Counted from the stretch's first letter, positions 28,501 through 34,777 are shown. The stretch is DNA of 64,000 bases from Bacteroidaceae bacterium (GCA_963600315.1 CAVCAW010000029.1:7919-71918), one strand, 5' to 3'. Program-made: numbers and translations. Notes: a model not told the origin generated them from the letters alone.

Positions 28501-29807
28501 GGTGGGCAGACCAAGTACCCATTAAGATCAACAATCCGAAGTTCCCACAACCAGGCTCGGTTGTCTACATCATGCAGGGCAAGCGTCTCGAGATGCCGAT
28601 TCCGTCAAGTTCAGTCAGCTACCCCACACCTTTCACCCCGGGCTATCTGCTCCTGCAAGACGGTGCATCGCTCTATAGCAACGGCAATCAGGTGAGTGTA
28701 GCTTACGTGGGTGTGGAGCGCAGCGTGCGCACTGACGGCTCCTTAGTCAGTCTGCCCTACCCGATGCAGTATCTCGGCACTGACGCCGCCACCAACGGCG
28801 TGGGCACTCCGTCATATTCTTCTGACGGCGTGCTGGTCCTCACAAGAAACACCAACCTCGCGTCCTACAACTATAATGGAGTAGGTCGCTCGGCATGGAA
28901 CTCCGCATTCAGCGTCAGCAACTCACCCTACTGGACTGCCCAAGCTTCAGACGAGACTACACCAGCCAACCAGGGTGTACTGGTGGTAGGTGCTGTCCTC
29001 AGCGATGCGACCACCCAGGGAACGACAGTCCGCTTCACTGCCCAAGGTGATCCCGACGACATGACCGACTATCTCTACACAGAAGCCTCAGGCGAGACTT
29101 ACAAGACCGTCACTCTGACACAGTACGACGACCGCACGTCTACCGACGGTGCAGCCGACTTCACCGAGAAGGAAGACATGGGTTGGAACTGCATCGGTCT
29201 GCCCTATCTGGTTAGCGACTACAACACAGCAGCCACGGAGACCCTGACCGGCGACAGCCACTACAACATGGATATTCCTCACACCCTGTGGCTCTGGTAT
29301 GACGGCAAGACTCGTCCCGACGGCACCACCCTCGATGGCGACGGCGGCTTCTACAGCGTTAGCTCATGGGACAACAGCGACTGGCACCTCGCCTCGGGCG
29401 AAAAGGCACGCATCTGGGTCGGCGAAGGCATCTTCACGCAGACAGCAGCCGTGGCAGACACCGAGGAACTCACCTTCTACCGCCCGAAATACACCGCCAG
29501 CTCTAACCCGTCACCGCAGTATGAAGGCAACGGCGACCTCACTGAAGCCACCGTCCTCAACGCACGCCACTATGCTGGCACTGCCGACGACAACGACATG
29601 CGTCAGGACTTCACCATACGCACCGACGGACGCACACTCCACATCGACGGACTCTCGGGTGGCGAAACCATCACTCTCTACGATGCGGCAGGCCGCATCT
29701 ACAGCAGAGCCACTGCCTCGGCAGGTCGCTTCACCACCGCTGTCCACGCCCCTGGAGTCTATATCATCAGAGTGGGCAACAGCTCCAAGAAAGTCACAAT
29801 AAAATAA
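16578..29807 (+). CDS. Giant (4409 aa) secreted multi-beta-helix adhesin-like protein with T9SS C-terminal sorting domain
   Basis: Single 13.2-kb ORF with signal peptide MHRKTFCLLILMALLCHIGAAA. It contains about seven modules. Each opens with an (I/F)YV..P.G...G.SW..P...LQ.AI-like segment and closes with a D-x-G-A-Y-E-like motif (IDMGAYEY ~21585, IDIGVYEY ~25598, IDRGAYEY ~27274, IDRGAFE ~28378). Many GGAIY/GGGIF...N turns are typical of right-handed parallel beta-helix (Pmp-like) repeats. The C-terminus ...ETITLYDAAGRIYSRATASAGRFTTAVHAPGVYIIRVGNSSKKVTIK is T9SS CTD-like. Confidence 0.85.
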   Translation: MHRKTFCLLILMALLCHIGAAADEIRYVAKYGSYANDGKTWKTAKNNIQDAINDLVDNGLTGEVWVAAGTYTPTESTESTGGSTLYMSFKIPAGISVYGGFKGGENGEKTKDEREVLTPKSTGKFYKNYTILSGDLSSAAKFEWNYTKDQWNTSFYGNCYHVVTFATNGFDATTGRANPNGGGYRSALLEGCIIEHGNATNTEITGRPHNAYGGGVYMVDGAHLKQCVVRECVASRDGGGIYMDGGGYIERCFVTDCQALGIGTNYGYGGGVCMDGPDSYKNVPMIQRQSGISGCVGRMGGGLAIKANDTNGNNKYKIACTAMIIANNTATTEAGGVYMLKGGAITQTTIVNNKCNGAGVSINGMATGRSAGVYCRDNGILANSVLWGGKCDANNDIQYATSHSGNSQDLRPYVMYTALTKSDYTDWSGVIKNHAFKVSDYNTRKDAEQAGAVISSSESFPMFYHPTPKAGYIHENQQHQFFMNLIDGMTATDENGNAITDREAYDFQPTSRSGIAHKGVAVIDIDRDRQTPAMEVDWDIVGTQFNSRPTLGGYTTSSIAIRPEVDDANKKVNFYIDPNDKSGTEYDDIGSSWDQPVRFLNDALSFIRDDQALDTPVYCKSGYAINVYVKEGTVDNTNSRTTTRVRKTGFVMPSNTTLLGGYPSGNTGTDLTGRNNNAHPTTITGNVQDDYDLNVIHLLRFNEGTENTTIDGVYIRYANARSQIGRDDSGYTKGGAIAIYNSKNIKISNCLMVGNTASAGSAAFIYKSTGIQFENCIIRNNESREVDADGNFTSNTGNVVVGQESEVSFNHCDFIRNVGFAIDSYGKTKVTNSVFYGNMNQPVEDTRNNESRALYAVRLLDNGTYSGDHNLYDKKSATADFMTKLSADEQKTNEAILTYEYSETSNTYPRFLNPTKNAGVNTNGDATYYGRTVSYMPHNNNPMVNRASKIDDEGNANDDHSKWGNDMIGISRDFGGLPDIGSLENHEALDSDAADKSYSDGQKAYGTVMYVRDYNTYNADGTVATTDNSTTHADGTQRDGASWENAINGNAAYSFTYTYSKTTAPVTITPHTPTVSTSITAEDATVYKIGMLSNNSAGNTVYYATQNGNYLKSISDAITGDDFILLSASGGYYYIYNKTAKKYVTYTEVLRGENKVVLSDANTSNATWRLYPVNTSDNYHTYCIQPSSTDNSESSLAWNYYGGTGNNIGFYNGTDNNGKWQFITATAGSPTTTTTQETKNINGLQYAVSTVESEMAKNYTQRITHELEKSVSGTYTTTHTYQDLPADYTQREVWVGAGIYTNTSGYEVRNHVKVYGAFPKTGTPGKNERHPQLTTDIALSTANQGLTVSDYETILQTNSTKGATTYNLSVLSQPLECRVTTDHNTNVPADRVIYEGAEWDGFTIRYGYKTGISSSGSGGGRDGGAGLRLYENVTVSNCVIRDNVLKDGVKGRGAGVYVDGSTIINCYIMDNAGSGSEIYGGGMYMIKGTIYNSVIVGNSLSGSTIHGAGAFFESADFFNNTMVNNTGCGSIEVWTASAAEAHLTLYNSIIIAGDNKLVDRSNSTKITFKNCFLQSTNTANDAKNNTDYLVDETNKWYCGGTAFSAATCNPFAKTYTDAVKDYDFRIEQKDNYNAVNAGTEFIDLDNDGSSDITIPSFDMDYTDRVQDCEIDMGAYEYNGAYSIQPDLSSVDGQAIFYVTPDGRGNASATNPDNAACASKLQKVLDAAGRYKFTTPNKRVIVKVANSKTLADDGDETTYFKYYACRTTDVNNDDVRIWSIIVPRGVEVWGGYTDEWTSSSENGFYSKDSNDTVTDKRDITGNPTYFHSYYYNSSEKTNANTYHVVTFTDKVFDGDGNAYSTADYDASTNTLSHNSTYAEGGTYLEVNSKTNDRAVIDGIFITGGQADANTASSEVNINQYGGAAIVTDYAHVRNCIVRNNEATYGGALALTHGALVSGCLIDQNTADYGGAIYVFENGTILSDGTTINSKAGTGEAMDKNMAHVYTSTIVNNLANEQGGGIFFGQDDDNINVRVNSSVIWQNNSTNMANVSGLYNPTRTNETISTLEFFPFSYCGVQNLRMSGANNLSLGNLNKSGARFAGSKNAAGNNSTLAVETADEDFTRFSDFGYYALTDYSILVRTGMPSTEYTNLVNNLGLSQSDFTAVDRLVSTNKNRSYIEMGARALDKIISNGQLMLRLFVAQPTDINIDAAETMMNMKTTATAGSLEEYYSQEGSSFAYPMQSLQDALDYIIEKRSEFNDTKTGLLEEGANNLPFEICMGRGTFYPTRNTYGIYGNSPANTFAIPEGVSIYGGFAVGNPNKDYSFFGRYNKKGSDISSITDNTKPGTIAGNVVTVIENDADTTVTLMKNYEIEQMPIDKMLSSRRSNDNNGNNIIEPWEFQHQTVLSGDAEGQTYSGVYHVVTVVADQNVVGMLPKQLNSHEKANTTYHTMSYDDYIKKFGIGSFDYEEGQYVLLDGLQITGGTACNFIEGSTGFNSKYDFYCGGGLLVDGNRYCNDFNNWDGTTYDGTNSKGETWGNVVDKHNAQIGTAGYRDIPLNIVNCKFSDNEGGLGAAIYSNGTMDIYKSSFEHNKAHSGEETLKDANNIDRQVQYPGNGGAIVCTHQLGAYNTIFANNEAYSDNTSLEPHLFENIDNEGKNKMHSGSGGAIYMGPFGFFHLVNCNIVRNQANMYPAVFTLNPNPDLTNGRHGGVGLSNTLRPSSVYYNQFLNTVIWGNDISKASAKANDGNELFKFNARMICNYWLGSHAPEDSRYTSPSFTDADNMPTNQADLDADNDKEQSKYGEVAWFSAYEEGRGITPLNDADLRNNQYSPFTYARDLVHTAGQSQTPAIDTYQNCNILLSATNFDLEGPNFVNPAADPGYDGYDESSDWSPARLSNLTDNGSGQVAQTVELVNEEYIAKFDTYSDYASLPNRSVYYGGGNPYGYTSEKPGDLKIEGAYTVTRMLYGYENNKTYMPAGNMDYMTSAATGQKLYRISKDPNPTHDQTYIDIGVYEYAHTELQYTTNGDEVDILWVSPTEKPDNGLPDGSAWSQPTSDLQRAIETLLASRNGHRKEIRLMNGTFTPIYNIEDHLAFYIDTKTLNKSVTMTVKSRDDKGNVTAWNTGYGVKSLTIKGGYSEQIENVYDPESYPAIIRQQSRTNASSDRWDHLFYIADATQRYGYYNNGAEAYTDANGYGSYQEKDGSYDHTVNTIPIHLDGVTIVNNQARSGQNGAAIYYEDRTETEEVTPTTANMSVNTYFTDADKTIASTNNEPTNYYNRTVDKYYTDATYSTESATPTAYATYKYGETSANKIIISKSKVMNSGSYESNDNTTSAVYIGKNGGNALLYNDVMHSNLGNPLVSAVPTIIVNNTYALNNGRVDLNGDNTVTSYLDINQGSDGSDYDAEGGEMLSPSYRAAGTKSATITGSAIYNSVFWRNNYNGTQFTLPGYVSPDKSGDIFSHNAVTGIPTALYNTSATNYNVGLSDTNSDIIYGPNFTDPKVDATTTALVEARDFTIQPSQRLLNTGSDDLYNDKVGDSEQNIIDLAWNTTTRIDASGQTRFRFTIDRGAYEYQNNLNRIIYVNPNDMVTGLGNSWSSPIGYGQLQTAIDLAAVYHATWPTEEAYVLVKGSNTTNSDLHTGETITMRDGVSIYGSILPSMSKDCSYRLDESTGEYLYPNDVVNSYINLIRAERNGIAALNANKTRVSGIKLEAGASLDTDTTGYIASLVDGFDVTATTDDNTTGTVTAPVIDVQPKTGTAVLRNIIVHDNDLSATEGVNLANVDNALIYEALFRDNKVATTGYNLALGSTGYGVNLTVEGKTRGADGTVTYNGKGDADHLYYSIVNYAGQPATENTLSGHNYKLANHDLNYQLTENSTHIDEFDKKNPLTGVAKNLANYIHYSSYTDEDWNTILLDRDLLGTHRLLNNVTSENKIDRGAFETWRVENDFTCTSTYTCYVSEYSLQQDVFSGEWTWWADQVPIKINNPKFPQPGSVVYIMQGKRLEMPIPSSSVSYPTPFTPGYLLLQDGASLYSNGNQVSVAYVGVERSVRTDGSLVSLPYPMQYLGTDAATNGVGTPSYSSDGVLVLTRNTNLASYNYNGVGRSAWNSAFSVSNSPYWTAQASDETTPANQGVLVVGAVLSDATTQGTTVRFTAQGDPDDMTDYLYTEASGETYKTVTLTQYDDRTSTDGAADFTEKEDMGWNCIGLPYLVSDYNTAATETLTGDSHYNMDIPHTLWLWYDGKTRPDGTTLDGDGGFYSVSSWDNSDWHLASGEKARIWVGEGIFTQTAAVADTEELTFYRPKYTASSNPSPQYEGNGDLTEATVLNARHYAGTADDNDMRQDFTIRTDGRTLHIDGLSGGETITLYDAAGRIYSRATASAGRFTTAVHAPGVYIIRVGNSSKKVTIK

Positions 29808-29819
29808 GCACGGACTATT

Positions 29820-32800
29820 ATGAAATACAGCATCAACAAGATACTCGTCCTCCTCTGTCTGCTCACGGCGGGATTCACCAATGCCGCAGCTGAAGACTAT
29901 CTCTATGTCATCACTGACAACAACGGAAACTTCCTTGCCAACAACAGCGGCACACTCAGCAACTCCACATCTTTCAACCCCAAGACCTGCGTGTGGACTT
30001 GCTCGGGGAATGGTAGCGGAACATTGGCAAACCAGGGAAAATATCTGTATGCAAGCCTTTCTGCATTTAGCTCTTATTCGCTGTCAATAAATTCAAATTC
30101 CACAGAGTGGACGATATCTGGCAATAAAGTATATACTGGTTATCTTAATTCTTATTATATACAATTCAGTAACAACAGTTGGTCGACAAACAAATCCACG
30201 ACCAATGCAGCCTCTTGCTACAGCGCAACCAAGGTCTCCACTGAAGCTGTAAAAAACTTGTCTGTCGAAGGCGACAAGAAGCAGGAGCTCAAGCACGTAG
30301 GTGACCGCCGCAGCTACAATGCCAAGATGTCGTATACCCCAGCCTACAACACCTGGACATTCAACGGCACTTCCTACTACTCATCCACCGACGACTCCTA
30401 CGTAAGCACCAACGCTCCCGAAGCCATCACCAACAAGGCTAACTACAAGTGGAGCAGTTCAGCATCGTCCAACGTCAAAATGACCACCGATGACACCGAC
30501 GACAGTAAAGCCACAGCCAGCTATGACAGCCGAATCACCACGCAAGACGAAAGCGACCAAGGTGAAGTGTCACTCATGGTCACGGCTACCATTCCCGCCA
30601 GCAGTAGCAGCTTCTTGACCAGCGACATCATCGAGACGGCATCTGTCACCGAGACCTTGCTCACACGCAGCGTAGCCACCATCACTGCCAACGTTGACAA
30701 AAGCACCATCAGCATTGACGAAACAGCCAAAATCACCGCCACCGCATCGTCGGGCGGCACCATAAGCTATTCGTCAAGCAATACCGACATAGCCACCGTC
30801 AGCACCGACGGCACCGTCACCGCCGTCAGCACTGGTGGAGCGGAGACTGCCACTGTCACCATCACCCTGACTACACCGCAGACCGACGACTACGAAGCTG
30901 CTAGCTCCACCGTCGACATCACGGTGACCCGGCGGCCCAACCCTGTGGCTGCCGCTGCCGACAAGACAGAACTCTACGTTGGCGAGACAGCCAAAATTAC
31001 CGTCAGCCAAAACACATCGGGCGGCACCATCAGCTATTTGTCAGAAAACGAAGCTCTCGCCACCGTGGGCAGCGACGGAACCATCACCGCAGTCAGCACC
31101 GGCGGCGTGTCATCAGCCTCAGTGGCTATAAAGGTGACTTCGGCACAGTCTGGCGACTATCAAGTCGGCACCTCCTACGTCATCGTTTCAATCAAGAAGC
31201 GTCCCACCACGCTGAGCCTCGCCTACGACAAGTCGACCACCACCTACGGCAACCAAGCCCCCGTTCTGACGCAGTGCAAACTGACCGATGCCACCACCGG
31301 CAGCGAAATCTCCGGCAACGTGTCGTTCACTTCGTCCAGCCAGTGCATCACCCTCAACAATGCCATGGGTGAACTCACCGTCCACAAGGCGGGCACCGCA
31401 GTCATCACCGCCACCTTCACCGGCAACGACACCTACGATGCCGCAACAGCCAAATTCACAATAACCGTCAACAAGGCACCCACACTACTCACTTTTCCGC
31501 AAAGTGACTACGTGGCACAGCTGAGCCACACCTTCACGTCGCCCACCGCTACACTCATGCCAGCAGAGGCAGGCAACGTGACCTATAGCTTCACCAGCGA
31601 CACCGACGGACTGATAACCATCAACTCCACCACCGGCGAGGTACAGACCAACACCCTCACCGGCACAGCCACCGTCACCGCCACCTTTGCAGGCAACGAC
31701 TGCTACGAGGCAGCTACTGCGTCCTACACACTGCTCGTGTCGACAAAGGCCATGCCTACGCTGTCTGCCTCCGTCAAACCCCTCTTCTATGTTGACGAGA
31801 CAAACCAAGCCACTGCCTCCACCAACAGCACCAATGGCTGCAAGTTTGAGAGCACCGACACCGACGTCATCACAGTAGACGCCGATGGCACCATCACTGC
31901 CGTAGGCGAAGGCTATGCAGCTGTCAGGGTAACATCACTCGAAGACGACACCTATGTGGAGTATTACGAAGACTACCCTATCAACGTCTTCCGCTACCCC
32001 ACCCAACTCACTTTTTCTTATCCGCAAACCATCTATTTCACCGACCACGAGGGAGAAATCAGTCCGTCGCTATCACTCATCGAGACGGCTACAAACACCA
32101 CGGTAGACTTCGGCTCGCTGATGTCCTTCAATACCTCAGATGCCAACGTAGTCACCGTCGATGCCCTCACAGGTCACGTGACCATCAAGGGCAGCGGCAT
32201 CGCTGTCGTTACAGCCACCTACGGAGGTAATCGCAAATATCAATCCACGTCAAGCACTTTCATAATGATGATTAACTACGCCTCTAAGCCAGGTTCATTC
32301 ATCTATCTCAAAGACGCATCGGGCAACTACCTCTCTGCCGACGGCACCACAGTGAGCACCACCGCCACCCAAGACGCATCAGCCTTGATATGGTACGGCA
32401 CAGACCGCTCACTGCTCTTCTACCAGTGCGGTCGCTACCTTGGCTCAGCCGCACCGACGCTCGCCCCTGTCGTAGCTATGGGCGAGAGCGGCACCAGCTT
32501 CACCTACACCCACACCGACGACAAGACTATCATCAGCGACGGCACGCAAAACCTCTCCATGAACGGCAACGACACCTGGACCGTCGAACAAGCCCTAAGT
32601 CTCCCCCTCACATTCAAGAGCGTAGGCCACGGCTACTCCACCCTCTACAGTCCCTGTGCACTGCAATGTCCTGCCGGCGTGACAGCCTTCTACCCCACCA
32701 GCCGCACTGCCGACGACACTGGAGCTGCCGACTACGTGATTACACTCCAGTCCTTGTTGGCGGGAGTTATTCCCAAGAACACCCCCGTGGTGCTCTACAC

Positions 32801-33224
32801 TTCAGATATCGACACCTACCAGTTCACCATCATCGACTCTGACACCACCACACCCAACGACCAGTGGAGCGGACTGGCAGGAACCATGCCCGCCATCACC
32901 ACCGCATCGGCCTACCAGGGCACACAGTTCCCCTACACCCTGCAGCCCGACAAGTCAGGCTCGGCAGGCTTCTACCCCTGGCAGAGCAACTACCACTCCA
33001 CCATCGAACCATTCAGATGCTACATACCCGGTGCCAATGCGGCGCAGTCCAAGGGCTTCCGCTTCAGCATTAACAACGACGACGTCACCGGCATCAGCAC
33101 AATCACTACCGACACCGCTGACGACACCATCTACAACATCAATGGCACAGCGCTGGGCACCGAACTGAACACACTGCCGGCAGGCATCTATATCCGCAAT
33201 GGCAAGAAGATACTCAAGCGTTAG
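29820..33224 (+). CDS. Cell-surface protein with about six Big_2-type Ig-like repeats and a T9SS C-terminal sorting domain
   Basis: Signal peptide MKYSINKILVLLCLLTAGFTNAAA. Repeats of the type ...TISYSSSNTDIATVSTDGTVTAVSTGGAETATVTITL... span ~30630-32280. The C-terminus ...DDTIYNINGTALGTELNTLPAGIYIRNGKKILKR is T9SS CTD-like. Starts 12 nt after the giant gene. Confidence 0.8.
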   Translation: MKYSINKILVLLCLLTAGFTNAAAEDYLYVITDNNGNFLANNSGTLSNSTSFNPKTCVWTCSGNGSGTLANQGKYLYASLSAFSSYSLSINSNSTEWTISGNKVYTGYLNSYYIQFSNNSWSTNKSTTNAASCYSATKVSTEAVKNLSVEGDKKQELKHVGDRRSYNAKMSYTPAYNTWTFNGTSYYSSTDDSYVSTNAPEAITNKANYKWSSSASSNVKMTTDDTDDSKATASYDSRITTQDESDQGEVSLMVTATIPASSSSFLTSDIIETASVTETLLTRSVATITANVDKSTISIDETAKITATASSGGTISYSSSNTDIATVSTDGTVTAVSTGGAETATVTITLTTPQTDDYEAASSTVDITVTRRPNPVAAAADKTELYVGETAKITVSQNTSGGTISYLSENEALATVGSDGTITAVSTGGVSSASVAIKVTSAQSGDYQVGTSYVIVSIKKRPTTLSLAYDKSTTTYGNQAPVLTQCKLTDATTGSEISGNVSFTSSSQCITLNNAMGELTVHKAGTAVITATFTGNDTYDAATAKFTITVNKAPTLLTFPQSDYVAQLSHTFTSPTATLMPAEAGNVTYSFTSDTDGLITINSTTGEVQTNTLTGTATVTATFAGNDCYEAATASYTLLVSTKAMPTLSASVKPLFYVDETNQATASTNSTNGCKFESTDTDVITVDADGTITAVGEGYAAVRVTSLEDDTYVEYYEDYPINVFRYPTQLTFSYPQTIYFTDHEGEISPSLSLIETATNTTVDFGSLMSFNTSDANVVTVDALTGHVTIKGSGIAVVTATYGGNRKYQSTSSTFIMMINYASKPGSFIYLKDASGNYLSADGTTVSTTATQDASALIWYGTDRSLLFYQCGRYLGSAAPTLAPVVAMGESGTSFTYTHTDDKTIISDGTQNLSMNGNDTWTVEQALSLPLTFKSVGHGYSTLYSPCALQCPAGVTAFYPTSRTADDTGAADYVITLQSLLAGVIPKNTPVVLYTSDIDTYQFTIIDSDTTTPNDQWSGLAGTMPAITTASAYQGTQFPYTLQPDKSGSAGFYPWQSNYHSTIEPFRCYIPGANAAQSKGFRFSINNDDVTGISTITTDTADDTIYNINGTALGTELNTLPAGIYIRNGKKILKR

Positions 33225-33301
33225 GCAACGGTCTCTTGGCTACCCCCCCCCAAGGCCATCCCGCCCGACAAGCGGCTCAAAAGTTCTAAGCTAACATATC
33301 A

Positions 33302-33339
33302 GGCAACCGAGACACATCGTCCCGGTTGCCATTTTTTTT
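33302..33339 (+). terminator. Rho-independent terminator closing the pilus/adhesin operon
   Basis: ggcaaccg (33302-33309) and cggttgcc (33323-33330) form the stem, followed by T8 (33332-33339). Confidence 0.75.
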
Positions 33340-33380
33340 GCCCTTAAATTATCAAGAGACCCTTTCAATTGCGAGACACC

Positions 33381-34635
33381 TCACAGCCCAAGGCTGTCTG
33401 GTTTCATCAAGAAATCCAGCAGTCCCCTCGTAAGGATGCCATTCTCATCACGCCAAGGCTTTATTCCATCTTTCACAATGATTATTTTCTTGAAAGAATC
33501 GTTTATTCGCAGTAATGAAGCCGTTTCCTGATAGCGTTTGTTTTCGTCGGGCAAGACCAAAGCAGATTGAATATAGTATCTCTGGTTACCTTCATTCACA
33601 ACAAAATCCACCTCGAGTTGCTGGCGTTGCCACTTACCTTCCCTGTCAACTAGGCGCTGCTCCACAACTCCGACATCCACCCCGCAACCTCTACGCTTCA
33701 ATTCGTTGTATATGATGATATTCTCCATGATATGCGTTTCCTCCTGTTAGCGCATACCCAAAATAGCATTTCGCAATCCAAGATCAGAAAAATAATATTT
33801 CGCAAGACTGCCGATGTGTTTTTTACCCTTGACATCATATCTCTCTGACTTTTCTATCAAAAAAGCATCTTGCATATAGCCAAGATAACGGTCAATAGTT
33901 ACCGAATCAATGTTTACATTCTTAACACTCTTAAAACTATTTGCCAGTCTCGTAGGATTGTTGGGGGTACCTATGCAAGAAGCCACAATCCTTACAAGCT
34001 CTTCAAACTCCGCCTTATTTTTAATATGCTGTCGCTCTAAGATATCTATCAGATAAACACTTTCAAACAGATTGTTGAGGTAATCAATTTTCTTCTCTCT
34101 GTTTCGAGTGACAATATATGTGGCAGTCCACCATAAGTATAATAGTCATTCCACGCTTCTGCAGGCGACAGCCCACTACCCTCACAGTATTCTGAAAGAG
34201 AAAGAGGATAGAGACGAATCTCGTCTCCTCGACCACGAAACTCCGTGACGATGTCGCTCGACAAGAATTTCGAATTGCTTCCAGTTACGTAAATATCGGC
34301 ATTATCTATACGCAGCAAACTATTCAAGACCTCTTCGAATCGAGGGACAATCTGAATTTCATCCAACAGAATATAGTAAAGCCGTCGTCCGTCATTCTTG
34401 CCTTTATACTCTTATATAGTGTTAGCGGCTCACGCAGACCAGTGCTTTCAATGTCATCAAGTGCTATCTGTATTATGTGATTAGCGTCGACACCAACATT
34501 GATTAAATATTGCTTGAACAATTTGAACAACAGATATGACTTACCACAACGCCTGATGCCCGTCACTATTTTAATCAGACCATTTTGCTTGCCGTCTATC
34601 AGTTGTTGTAAATAGAAATCTCTCTTTATTTGCAT
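33381..34635 (-). pseudogene. Frameshifted AAA+ ATPase (AAA_14/DUF4143-type ATP-binding protein) pseudogene
   Basis: Four consecutive minus-strand ORF fragments in different frames: 34324-34635 with Walker A GIRRCGKSYLL, 34049-34366 with Walker B-like WMKF/MDEIQ, 33747-33986, and 33381-33728. Together they reconstruct one ~410-aa ATPase. The region is visibly AT-richer than its surroundings. Confidence 0.8.
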
Positions 34636-34647
34636 AACATCTTGTCT

Positions 34648-34687
34648 TACGCGGAATTTTTGGCAACATTGCCAAAAATTCCGCGTA
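34648..34687. repeat. Perfect 19-bp palindrome with a 2-nt centre
   Basis: tacgcggaatttttggcaa ca ttgccaaaaattccgcgta, 13 nt upstream of the ATPase pseudogene start. Confidence 0.9.
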
Positions 34688-34745
34688 CAGATTGTCTCTT
34701 TTTATTTGACTGATGCCACATTAAAAGTCACATAACGCCGCATAA

Positions 34746-34777
34746 TTAGCGACAAAATTGGCATCTTTTGTCGCTAA
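34746..34777. repeat. Perfect 12-bp inverted repeat with an 8-nt loop
   Basis: ttagcgacaaaa ttggcatc ttttgtcgctaa. Confidence 0.85.
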
